Source: Podarcis melisellensis
Taxonomy: Eukaryota
Reading direction: 5' to 3' (one strand)
Assembly (NCBI GenBank): GCA_964234715.1
Contig: OZ174291.1
Length of the DNA stretch: 64,000 bases
The position numbers and the translations under genes are program-made. Numbering within the stretch: the stretch's first letter is position 1; every line of letters starts with the position of its first letter. Shown here piece after piece: positions 49,378 through 60,919 of this stretch. The notes under the pieces were generated by a model. The model worked only from the letters and a program-made list of their open reading frames with translations, searched no databases and was not told the origin of the DNA.

Positions 49378-49737
49378 ATGACCAACAGTAAGACGTTCCG
49401 GAGGGCCTGCTCCTTGCGGGGGTCCAAGTCCCCCAGCCTCCTGGATCCTGCCTCTGGGAGCTTATGGGACCACCTGGAGGAGGCAGATCCCACCAGGCGG
49501 TCTGTAGGCGCTGCCCTCGGGGGGCACGGCCTGGTCCCCAAGAACAAGGAAGAGGCCCAGCCGAAACCTGCCTGGAGCTGGGGGAGGAGAGCCACGAGTC
49601 TGAGGGTGCGGAAGGCCAGGGGAGAGGAGGCCGCGACGATGGGAGAAGCAGCCCACTCCCTTGGCCCTGGCGACGGGCAGATGCTCATCGGGGAGGCCCA
49701 TGGCAAAGCAGGCGGCAGGATGAAGAAACGTAAACAG
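49378..49737 (+). CDS. C11orf86: C11orf86/FACI orthologue, coding exon 1 (120 codons, phase-0 donor)
   Basis: ATG at 49378 (ggcATGa) lies in frame within ORF 49045..49827. Translation MTNSKTFRRACSLRGSKSPS...WGRRATSLR...SLGPGDGQMLI...KKRKQ matches remembered human C11orf86 blocks (LRSQSLR, RRALSLR, GSLGDTEQLI, RRYQQ). The exon ends at donor CAG|GTGAGA (49737/49738). Confidence 0.85.
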
Positions 49738-51646
49738 GTGAGAAAATGTGAGGAGTCGGCCTGGCACCAAGAGGCAGCATGGTCAGGTGGAAGCCCCATG
49801 GAAGGTGTCTTGCGCATGGACCTCTGAAACTTTGAGCCTGCACTACTCTGCTCCATTGGTTAGGGCAGAGGGCAAGGATTCAAAGGCCACATTCACACCC
49901 TACATTTAAAGCACCATGGTGCTGCTTTAAACCCTGGGAGCTATGGTTTGTTAAGGGTGCTATGAGCATAGGAGCTAACTCCTAGGGGCCAAGGGATCTT
50001 CAGGGGGGCATAAAATATTTGAGGGGGGTCGCTCCCTCCCCAGTTGATGGCCATTGCCATTCAAATCGTGTCATGTGACCAATTATGCGGGGCGTGGCTT
50101 ACCCCTTTTATGAAGATCACCTGCTCTGAGACCCCACAGCTAATTCTCCTCTGGCCTCCTGCTGGCCCAAGTAGGACCAATTCAACCAGCTAGCCCTGGG
50201 GATTATTTAATGCTTATTTCCCCTAAATTGATTTTTGAATTTTATTGTTGTTCATGTTTTTATACTGTATTTTATGCTGTTTTTATAATTAAGTGTTCTA
50301 AATTTGTTGCTAGCTGCTCTGAGCCCGGTTTTTGAACCGGGGAGGCGGGGTATAAATAAAAAAATATTATTATTATTACCCATCCCCCTAATATTCAAGT
50401 TGGCTGAGTCATTAGGAGACCCCTATTCCCCTCAATTCACAGGGACCTCTGGGAATTGTAGCTCTTTGAGGGGAAGAGTGTGTCCCCTAACAACTCGCTG
50501 CACCATCAGCCAACTACATCTCCCAGGATATATATTTTTGGGCGGGGAGTGGTTGGAATCAATGACTGATTAAAGTGCTTTTAATGGATGGTGTGAATGT
50601 GGCCTCAATGCATTTAGCACTGCCAACTAACAGTAAAACAAGCATATCAGCCCTTGTGCCTATGCCAGCAGCTTGATGTGCAGAAATCCATCAGGGGAAG
50701 CTTTCCGTGGCATGGGGTGAAAACTGTGTCGCACATTCCACCAGACTCTGTGCTGCTTTTGCACGCAAGGGCCCAGGGCCCAGTAGCTAACGGAGCTTTT
50801 TCCATCTTCCGGACTGGCCCACTAGAGGGCACTGCGCAAAAAGAAACCTGGGAACTCTTCTTGAGCTGCCTGCCTAGGAGAGTCAAGGTTGTATGCATAC
50901 TATAGTTTTAAAGAATTTTCAAAACCCTACCTTCTCTCAAAGAATTCTGGGCCCTGTAGTTCTACCCCTCACAGAATTACAGTTTCCAGCAACGCTTAAG
51001 GAACTACAGCGCCCATAATTCTTTGAGTGAAAGAATGTGTTTTGAACGTGGTTTAAAGGCATAGTGTGTAAACAGCCAGAAAAGCACAGATTCAATAAGT
51101 GTTACTCTCCTCCTGTGCCTCCTCTTTGTCCCTGGGAAAACCCACTCCATACTGAAACAGAGCAAATTGCAGTCCACAGAAAAACCAATTGACATTTGTT
51201 CTGTTTCAGTGGTAAACAGTGGGTTTTCCAGCTGAAATGTGGCATGACAAATGGAAGTCTGGGTGAATCCTAACATAGTCTGGTGTTTGAAAGCTTCAGG
51301 CTCTTAACATCCCTTATTTCTGAGGGTCCTGGTGTATCAAGGCACAAGCCAAGAGCCTCACCTGGGCAGTGATTTTGCCAAACCACTCTGCGAACATTTT
51401 CCAGCTAAGGAACAGGGTAAATGTGGTAATGAATATTTTTTATTTATTTAAGAACCATTTTCCAGAAAGAAAAATGTTGCTGTCCTCCTCCGGGAGCCAC
51501 TGTCCTCCCTGAACAAGCTAATTCCAGCAGAGCAAGATTGATACCGCCTCGTATCTGGCTGCCCAATGGAGGGCTAGATAACATATCCAGATTTGAAGAC
51601 CTCCAGACCCTCTAACTCTCCTTCTTTGCTCCCTGCCCCTCCGCAG

Positions 51647-51769
51647 CAGGTAAATCGTGCTCTTCGGGAAAGCTGGGAGACCTTCCTGACCAACGTGTAC
51701 AGCTTAACATTGAGCCGCCCGACCAGCAGACCCACCGCTGATGAAGCCCAGGCGGTGGGGACACCGTGA
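51647..51769 (+). CDS. C11orf86: C11orf86/FACI orthologue, coding exon 2 (QVNRALRESWETFLTNVYSLTLSRPTSRPTADEAQAVGTP*)
   Basis: Branch-like CTAAC at 51612-51616, a pyrimidine tract, and CAGCAG acceptor at 51644-51649. The peptide resembles the human C-terminus QVRRRWESFVAIFPSVTLSQPASP. Stop TGA at 51767-51769. Too short to appear in the ORF track. Confidence 0.85.
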   Translation, partial: QVNRALRESWETFLTNVYSLTLSRPTSRPTADEAQAVGTP

Positions 51770-52211
51770 AGGAAAAGACTTCCCTGGACTAAGCATGGAC
51801 TCAGGGAAGGATGCTGAACTGACTCAGGCAGCACCAGGGCTTCTCCCTCTTGGACCCTTTCGGCTGTAACCTCCGTGGGTTGCTGGCAATGTGGCAGGTG
51901 CCTTGGAAGGACTTCTTCGCCAGACCTGGGCATTATTCCTGGGCTTCTCTACTGGATTCCTTATTCTGCATTAATCTAGCTGTGATTCCTGCAGGGAGGT
52001 TGGACTAGATTAACTTTGAGGGCTTTAGCTGCTAGTGGAAAGGTGTTATCCAGACAGGACGTCTCTGCTGCTGGACAGCAGGTCTACCCATTAAGAAAGA
52101 ACAGAAGGGTAGACATGGTATCTGATTTTTTTCAGAGGCCAGATCTACCCAACTCAGTGGATATGGTGCCCAGGCCTCAGTGCCACCCACTCTCCAGATA
52201 AATCAGAAATA

Positions 52212-52437
52212 CAGTGGTACCTCGGGTTACAGACGCTTCAGGTTACAGACTCCGCTAGCCCAGAAATAGTACCTCGGGTTAAGAACTTTGCTTCAGGATG
52301 AGAACAGAAATCGTGCAGCAGCGGCGCAGCAGCAGCGGAAGGCCCCATTAGCTAAAGTGGGGCTTCAGGTTAAGAACAGTTTCAGGTTAAAAACGGACCT
52401 CCAGAACGAATTAAGCTCTTAGCCCGAGGTACCACTG
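52212..52437. mobile_element. Tc1/mariner-pogo type MITE, opposite orientation to the 9063 copy
   Basis: TIR CAGTGGTACCTCGGG...CCCGAGGTACCACTG with TA TSD. Confidence 0.88.
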
Positions 52438-52909
52438 TAGCGAAAACCTGTTCTCTGATGTATATACATACCTTTCCACTCCCTGAAAAATTCCTAGGGA
52501 CCCCCCTTCTCCCCACCCTCCAAAGAGTCCCACAATTGTCCTCCTTTCTAGTTTTCTGGCCACTTTCCACCCTGACACTCCTTGGCACGGGAACATGCCT
52601 GGCAGCTGTCCACCAGACATCTCAAACCAGTTGCCTCCTCTCCTGGCTTGGATTCTGCACCTGCCATGTCTTGCATCACGTTAGCTAATTCAGATAGATA
52701 GCAAATACCTTTGCCTCCTGGGGAGTGAAGGGTTTGCGGAAGGAGACATACAACGGGATATGAACACACCCTGTGGTGACCCAAAGTGTTGCTGAAAGCC
52801 AATAAACCCAGACCCCACCTCTGCTTGGTCTCTTCTAAAACATTCCTCCTTTTTAGGCCTTGGGTATGTTCTTGTGGAAAGGTGGGGTGTATAAATGTAA
52901 TTGATAATA

Positions 52910-53280
52910 AGCTTGATCGCATCCTGATTTGACTACTGCAATGTATTGTATGAGGGGCTGCCCATGAAGACTATCTCTTTGAAACTTCTGCTTCTTCGGA
53001 ATTCAGCAGCCATTCTGCCCAGAAATGGAGCAGCAGCCAGTGACTCTGGCATAAGGTAGGGAGTTGCAAGTTCCCTATAACTGGCGCCAGCCAACCATCT
53101 GGTTGCAGCACTCTGAACCAACCAACAGTTTGCAAGACTTCCTCAGAGGTAGCCCCACATAGAGCATGTTGCAGGGATCTCAACAAGGTCCCTAAGTAAG
53201 GTCTGTATCACCATGGCCACATCTGACACCCCAGGAACAGGCAGGGTTGGTGCACCAGCCTCAGGTGTGCAAGCACAGGT
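52910..53280. mobile_element. Degraded L2 fragments in opposite orientations
   Basis: A + strand tttgactactgcaatg (DYCN) piece abuts a minus-strand VQSAATRWLAG piece. Confidence 0.55.
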
Positions 53281-53599
53281 CTGGGCTTTCCTGCTATGTA
53301 TCTAAACTAAGTGGGTTTGGTTTTGGTTTTGTCCCAGTGCTTTGCCCAGCAAAACCTGCATTTTACCACTGGATTGGAGCAAACAGCAATCAGGTTTCCA
53401 TGAACTGCTGTTTGCTCCGATTCAGTGGTAAAATGTGGGTTTTCCTGGGGAAAATGCTGGGACAAAAAAAGCACTAGGAAACAGACCAGAAAAGCCCAGA
53501 TCTGTGGCTAGAAAGCATGGAGTAAAGGTGAGTGTGGAAAAGGCCTACGATTCAGCTGTTAGGAACAGGCAAATTTGTCAATTTTGACATCCCAGTTTT

Positions 53600-53930
53600 T
53601 GTTTTTAATCTTATTTATTTCATAAAGTTTATATACCACTTGATTGTAAAAACAAACAAACCCTCAAAGTGGTTTACAGAAAGAAAGAAATTATCAAAAA
53701 AATGTTAAAAGCAGCTGTTTAAAATATTCAAAAAATGATTTAAATCAGTGATAAGCTAAAAACAGATTAACACACGTAAGCATTCTAGGCATCTGGGTAA
53801 AGCTTGTCTAAACAAAAATGTGTTTAGCAGGCATAGAACAAAGTACAGCGGAGGCCCCTGCCTGATCTCAACGGGCAAGGAGTTCCAAAGGGTGAGTGCT
53901 GCCACACTAGAAGATCGAGTTCTTGCGTTC
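53600..53930 (-). mobile_element. L2 3' fragment
   Basis: Minus ORF SSVAALTLWNSLPVEIRQGP...FLFRQA; similar to 22700-22990. Confidence 0.7.
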
Positions 53931-54122
53931 AGTTTGCCCCATCTCCAAACTGGCATGAATCTTCCTGTGTCGTTCATCTAAGTTAGGCATTTATTTACAT
54001 AATTTGGCCTCATGTGTGCATTTTCCCAAGCCATTTTGACTAACAGGCTGCACGTTATTGTCAGTCTTCCCCCATTCATTTTTCAGTGCATAGCCCCCTA
54101 AAATGCACTTTGGGCAGTGGTG

Positions 54123-54374
54123 AAGAAGAAGAGAAGAGTTTGGATTTGATATCCCGCTTTATCACTACCCGAAGGAATCTCAAAGCAGCTAACATTCTCC
54201 TTTCCCTTCCTCCCCCACAACAAACACACTGTGAGGTGAGTGGGGCTGAGAGACTTCAGAGAAGTGTGACTGGCCCAAGGTCACCCAGCAGCTGCATGTG
54301 GAGGAGCGGGGAAGCGAACCCGGTTCACCAGATTACGAGTCCACAGCTCTTAACCACTACACCACACTGGCTCT
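54123..54374 (-). mobile_element. tRNA-derived SINE (Squam3-like) with (CTT)n tail
   Basis: Near-identical to 47665-47900; A/B-box-like head. Confidence 0.8.
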
Positions 54375-56654
54375 CACTGGTGGGTGGAGAACTGCAACAC
54401 AAAATTCAGAGGGCAGCTGCATTTTAGCTCTCATATTGATTTTGGAACTGCAAAGGGTTCACATTGACGTGTGGTCGGTTTGCAACAAGATGCAAACCCA
54501 ACTCATTCCCCAATCCTTCAGTGCATGTCATGTCGGGTGGGGGTGGGGAACCGCCGGATACGGGATGCTCTGTTGCTTGGAGGAAAAAGGAAGATGCCAG
54601 TCACCTAAGTGTCCCTTATAGACCTGCCTTTCACTGGAGTTGTGGTGTCATCTTTTCCAAAAGGGAGTAGCAAGTGGCTGACATGCCAAAAGGCCACCCT
54701 GTGGAAGTTGGTCCTCTGTCTTGAGCATGAGAATGTGGTGGCTACGTGGCGCTTAGCAGGATCTCAGTAAAAAGATGAGAGCCCCCTGCCACCCGCCTCT
54801 CCATCCAGGCCTTTGTCCAAGCCAATCATCTCGCCATATCAGGCGCTCCTTTCAGCTGGCTTTGAAAGCCCCATTCAGCTCCAGGCAGTAGGATGGGCCC
54901 TAAACCATCTGCGGCTTGGGCAGAGGGGACAACTGCGCTAAGCTGGCTGCCTTGGAGTGAGAGATGCCAGGGAGCGGGGTGGGGTTGGGGGCCAGGGTTT
55001 TGGAATGCAAAGGCTGCTTTAATAATACAAGAGGCTTCTCAAAGCCCCCAAGTCACACGCTGGCGACCCCATGACCGCAGAGAAGCCAGAGCATCGTGTA
55101 AGGAAGCCTCGCTTTTGCCCACTGAAGGGAGACTTGCAGCATTGTTCGGAGTGAGGTCCCAGATGTGCTGCAAGTCACGACTCTCGATTCGGGCATGAGC
55201 TCTGAGGGTGGATTTATGAGCAGAGAGAGGCAGAGTCTTTCTTGCTGTAGCGCCTCAGTTGGGCCCGTTCTATTATTTCACAGGGGTGAGGGCCACCCTA
55301 AGACATTTTGCCGCCTGAGGCAAAGGGCAATGTGGGGTTCCCCTCTCCGCTCCAGGCTCAGGAGTTGACGGGACTGGCTGTGGAATATTAGGTCAACACT
55401 CAAGGAAACATCCTCCACTGTAGGGCGAGGTATGTGACATACGGGCACCTCACTGCTACCCCTCAGCATCTGCTGCCTGAGGCAGCTACCTTACTCTGCC
55501 TAATATAAGGGCTGGCCCTGCAGGGGATGGAAACATGTTTGTACCATCCCTATCCTCACATTAATAATTATTACAATATTGGGAGGGGGAGGGAGCAGGG
55601 CCAGTCCTACCCTTAGGCCAAGTGAGGAACTTGCCTCAGACAGTGGATGCTGCAAGTCAAGGAAAGCATCCGTGCACATTACTGGAAAACTGCATTGCAA
55701 AAATTCAGAGAATGCAAATTTCAAAGGGTAGCCATGCTTTGGTTCTCGTATTGTTTCAAGAAAGTGCAAATTCAGTTGCTTCAGCTTCAAATGCACATTG
55801 AACCTGCATTTCACCCCCATCCATGACCAGCCATCACCAACTTGGTGCCCTCCAGATATATTCTTGGGCTACAACTCCCACCAGTCTCCACCAGCACAGT
55901 CTAGGAGTTGCCAGTCCTTAGTTCCCAGGCTCTGCCTTCCAGGAATCTGGTAACCAAACCCAGAGCAGAGGAGGTGTCCAGCCAGCCTGGTGGCTTCCTT
56001 TGCAGGGCCTCTCGCGTGGTCTACCAGCATGAGAATTGGGGTCCCTGGGTAGCAGCCTTACACTGCTGGTGCAACTGCTCTGCTCTGAACAGGGACCAGA
56101 TGCCAACTGGCCAGGCAAGAAGCATTTGGTACTAATTGTGGTTTTGAGCCTTCCTTGCTGACTTTGCAGTTCTGCTCTGCCTCTCCGGCTTCAGGCGTCT
56201 CACCGCAAGAACAGCCCCCCCTGCAAGTGAGCTCATGTGCTAAACGCAGGCCCTGGTGAGGTCAGGCTGGGGTTGGCTTGGGAGGTCTCCAGGTTGCTGT
56301 GGAGAGAATCAGAGGCTGATTTGGGAGGAGGAGGAGGAAGAGGAAGATGCCACGTCTATGTGGCCAGGCCTCTGCTCTTGGTCGGTTCTGCTCTTGTGTT
56401 TTGCATGCATTTGGATTCCAAAGCCTTCGTGGTCACAGAGACAGTATGGTATAGTTAGAGTGTCAGACAAGGACCTGGAAGAGACCTGGGTTCGAATCCC
56501 CACATGGACATAAAGCTCATGGGGTGACCTAGGGCCCATCGCTGCCTCTCAGCCTCAGCTACCTCACACGGTTGTAGTGGGGATTAAATGGGGGGGGGGG
56601 GACCATGTAAGCCACTTTCAGGTCCCTGAAGAAAATGCAATAAACTGGTTGACA

Positions 56655-57120
56655 TCTGTCCGTCTTGGGAGACAATGGAGGAGTGAGCCTTCAGGGGTAC
56701 AGTCAAACGGTTGCAGAGTTATAGCGCCTGCTGTGGCTGTAGAGACCTATTTGGGAGAGACAGGTTTTGTTGCAGCTGGGGAAGATGAAGGCATCTGGTT
56801 TCACTGCTGCAGATGCACAGCTTCTCTCTGCCCTCCTCCTGGCAGTCGTTCCTCCGCTGGTCACTGCTATGGATGCACAACCTGTCTGTCTCTAGACACT
56901 GCAGTTGTCTGCAAGAGGTTCCCACATATCATGGTTGATATTGCCAGCCTTCATGTCATGTTCGCAGACATCTTTATAACACAGAGTTGGCCTGCCAACT
57001 GGCCTGGTGCCTGAAGCCAGCTCCCCATAGAGCACGTCCTTGGGGATCCTGCCATCTTCCATTCTGTAGACATGACCCAAGCGAATGTAGTCATCGCTGA
57101 GACAGGAGTGTAAACATGGA
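56655..57120 (-). mobile_element. RTE-clade LINE 3' fragment
   Basis: Minus ORF GHVYRMEDGRIPKDVLYGELASGTRPVGRPTLCYKD is the typical RTE C-terminal region. Confidence 0.88.
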
Positions 57121-57127
57121 ACTAGAT

Positions 57128-57129
<2 letters not shown>

Positions 57130-57174
<45 letters not shown>
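57130..57174. repeat. (GATA)n microsatellite
   Basis: Direct reading. Confidence 0.95.
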
Positions 57175-59244
57175 GATAGGCCATGTTACCCTTTGGTTCA
57201 GAAATAAATTCTCTTAGAGCATTTTTGGATGCATGTTTACTGTGAGATTGGTGCTCCTTCAGCTAGCAAGGTTTTCTATAGAGTCCATCCAATGTCAGCA
57301 TCAACTTTTAATATACATTTGTTAATTAATATTCCACTCTTCCTCCCAAATGAACCCCATTGCACGACCCCTCCTTTCCACTCAATTGGCTGTCATTCCA
57401 TCAGAATTTAGACTGTAATCTCTTGGGAGGCAGAAATCTGCCTGTGCACTTCAATTGCTTTGTAGAAGGCCAGGTACTTTCATCTCACCTCAGAAAGGAT
57501 ATTGTGGAGTTGAGGAAAGTTCAGGCTAATTCTACCACCAGAGCTACAGGTTAAGGGGGAATTTAATCCAGCCCCTGTGGCAGTTTATTTCCTGGGGTAA
57601 AATCCTAAAAACACCTCAACAGCTTCAATCCTAAAAAAAGGTCAACAACTTTGGTTGGCCCTCTGGTCAGTCCCCAAGGCCCTTCACTTCACCAAATCTG
57701 GCCCTCTTTGAAAAAAGTTTGGACACCACTGGGTTAAGGTGTTCCCTAGGCTGGGAAGAGTTCCTCAGCTCTGAGGCGTCACTCGTTCCCCAGGACACAT
57801 CCTGGAAGGACTAAAAAATGCTTCTGGGTCAAGCTGGGATTTTGCTGGAGTAAAACAGCATCCGCTCTGCTGAATGCCCAGCTTCACTACAGCCTAGCGC
57901 TGACACTTCATTTTGCTAAAATTTCAAAACTCTGTTGAATTTGGGAGGGCCTTCTGTATTGAATGTTGTGGGAGGGCAGAAGAAGACCCATCGATATTTT
58001 CTCAAGGGCAAATCTGCACTTCTCTAATCTTGACTTTGACACCGATGGCTGTGGCAGGCAGGCGAAGTTCCACCCCAGAGCTGGCTGCAATTTAGCACCA
58101 TCCTGCAAAGTGGAAACACAACATTAAGAATGGAAGCGTTTAAGAGTTGTAATGAACTGCAGAGGCAGCCCGAGAGGCAGTTGATTTCTCCGGATGAGTA
58201 ATGAAGGCCGGCTTTTGAATTTTTTTCCGTGTTGGGAAGAGAGCCTGGTGCTGGGCATCAGGGAGGAAGCTGCCAAAAGGGACTTTGTGGAATTGGAAAG
58301 ATTTGTGAACACGTCTGAGCCATGGCGGGTTCCTCCTCCTCCTCCCCCCTTTCTTTTGAGGGTTGCAAAAAGAATTAAGTCATTTCTGCTGTCCCAAAAA
58401 AGAAAAGAAAAAGCTTGGACAGGATCAGGGAAGATTTACAGTAAAATGAATCATCTGGAGATCTGTACCTGGCATTACACAGCACCTCCTTGTAAAGCCA
58501 CATTTTGAAGAATAGGAATGCACTCCCAGTCTGCTCATTTTAATTGGGGAGAGCACCCCCCACCAAAAAAAAAAAAAATTAACCTTGGGGAGGGTTAAAA
58601 AAAATCTTCTTAATGGGCAGTTTCTTGCTCCCCTGAACCCCACACCCCAATTATGGCTGCGCAATTATTTTAAACATTTTTAATACAAAAGTAAAACTCC
58701 CCCCAGGAAATAAAACTTGGGTTAGAAAGAGCAAGGCTACCTTTTGTTGTGGGTCAGAGGGTGGGGTCTCATCTTTCAGTTCAGGCCTGGGAGAGGAGAA
58801 CGTGGCTTTCCATGGGAGCCAGCAGGCTGGGAGAGGGTGGGCCTCTGTGGGTCTTTCACAGGCAGCAGAATCAGACGGTGCAAGGCTGGGGGCTGCAGAA
58901 AATGCTTCTGAATCCCAGTTGCTGGAAGCCATGGGGGGGGGGGGAGAAGGCTCTGGTCTTCAGGTCCTGCTTGGGATCTTCCCACAGGCATCTGAGTGAG
59001 CACGGTGAGAACAGGATGCTGGACCAGACGAGCCACTGGCCTGATCCAGAAGGGCTCTTCCTGGATAGCTTGGTTGGTTAGAGTGTGGTGTTGATAACAT
59101 CAAGGTTGCTGGTTTAATCCACATATGGGACAACTGCATATTCCTGCATTGCAGAGAGTTGGACTTGATGATGCTAAGGGTCCCTTCCACCTCTATGATT
59201 CTGTTTCGCATGTCCTTATAAAGCTGCAGTCTTGGAGTCTAATC

Positions 59245-59482
59245 CATGGGTAGGCAAACTAAGGCTGGGAGCTGGAGCCGGCCCAATCGCCCACGGACGG
59301 TCCAAATCAACGTGTTTTTACAAGAGTAGAATGTGTGCTTTTATTTAAAATGTATCTCTGGGTTATTTGTGGGGCATAGGAATTCATTCATAATTTTTTT
59401 TCTTCAAAATATAGTTCAGCCCCCCCGCAAGGTCTGAGGGACAGAGGACCAGCCCCCTGCTGAAAAAGTTTGCTGAGCCCTG
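59245..59482. mobile_element. Non-autonomous hAT DNA transposon
   Basis: Imperfect TIR CA.GG.T..GCAAACT; 8-bp TSD GTCTAATC (59237-59244 and 59483-59490). Confidence 0.85.
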
Positions 59483-60794
59483 GTCTAATCCAGTGGCATA
59501 GCGTGGGTTGCCAGGCCCCCCGGGGCAAGGCAAGTATCCTCAGCACCACCTGCCAATGGGCTGGAACGAAAGGGCAACAGCTTGGCAACCTACCCAAGTG
59601 GTGCTCCATGAGCATCCAGCATGGCGGAGAAGAGGACAGGAGATTGGTCAGGAGTGGGTATCTTTCTAAAGCTCCTACAGAGGGTGCCCTAGCATGTGGC
59701 CATGGCCCAAATCTGCTCTTCAGTCCACCCATGTGAACAGTGGGAGATTTTCTGTGAGACGGGGAGGGTGTGCTTTTTATATGTTGTTACTACTTTCTTT
59801 TTCTTTTGAAACTTTGTGCCGCCCCTAATCATAGCGCCCAGGGCCACGCAACACCAACTGCACTTCATCTGAGAAATTCATCTCCCCTCTTCCGAACCTG
59901 ACTTCTTGTCAGCATCAAGCTTACAATGCTAATCTCTGGCAAATGACTTTCTCCCTCCTGATGAGGGCAGGACCCTGTTACAAAATGGGGTGCTGCCCCC
60001 TGCCCCACGAACCCTTACGGTCCATAGAATTGTGCAGAAGAACACCTGCAATTTGTGCTGATACCACCCGTTTTACAGATAGGTAAGAAAAGGCAGCAAG
60101 ACTGGGGAGGGGGGGCTTGTGGATTCTGGTCTGCAGCCTTTGAACCAGGAGAAGAAGCTGTTCTGGGAAGAGGGGCAGCTGGCTGGGGAGAAAAGCCCAC
60201 TTAGCATTCTAGGCAACACCAATCCCTCACGGGAGGCTGCTGCTACAATAGGCTGTTTGGCAAGAGCCAAATGAATTCAGGTCCCTTTTTCTCACACCCC
60301 GCCCCCCTCCCTCTACTTCCTTTTAGTACTAAGTATTCATCCAGTGGCATTCTCAGAACTGCACTGGCTTCTTAAATATGTTTAAAACTGCTCCAGAAAA
60401 CCATTTTAGTTTGGTGAGGACAAGAACTAGCGAGAGAGGACTAGGGCAGGGTTTTTAAAAACTGGTCCTTTACTGCAATCACTGCAGTGAAATGTAGCAA
60501 ATCTATCTGCACGGAATGAGAGAGAGAGAGGTGATGATTTACATGACAAAGCAGCAGCATCTTAGACTACTGTTAGCTTCTTGGCAATAGGGAGAGGACC
60601 CCACCTCCAACACAAACACACACACACACACACACACAGAGTAGTTACCACCACTGATCTTTCCTTAGGGCTTCTGAATGCTAAAAATGAATCTCAGTCT
60701 GTACAGACACCAGAGCATCAAAATGAATCTTTGTACAGTATTCATAATTCCTATGTTGATTTCAAACCATAGTTAAGCTTAACTATGGCTGAAA

Positions 60795-60919
60795 CAGTGG
60801 CGTAGTGTGGGTTATCAGCACCTGGGGCAAGGCAAGTAATTTGCGCCCCCTAACCCTAACCCCCAGGTGTTGCGCCCGGTGCGGCCGGCCCCCCCTGCAC
60901 CCCCCACGCTACGCCACTG
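60795..60919. mobile_element. Short hAT-type MITE
   Basis: TIR CAGTGGCGTAG/CTACGCCACTG; 8-bp TSD GGCTGAAA (60787-60794 and 60920-60927). A related 5' end starts at 59491. Confidence 0.88.

Noticed and set aside
49146-49856. 236-aa antisense ORF overlapping FACI exon 1
   Set aside because: Shadow frame of GC-rich coding DNA; no recognisable motifs.
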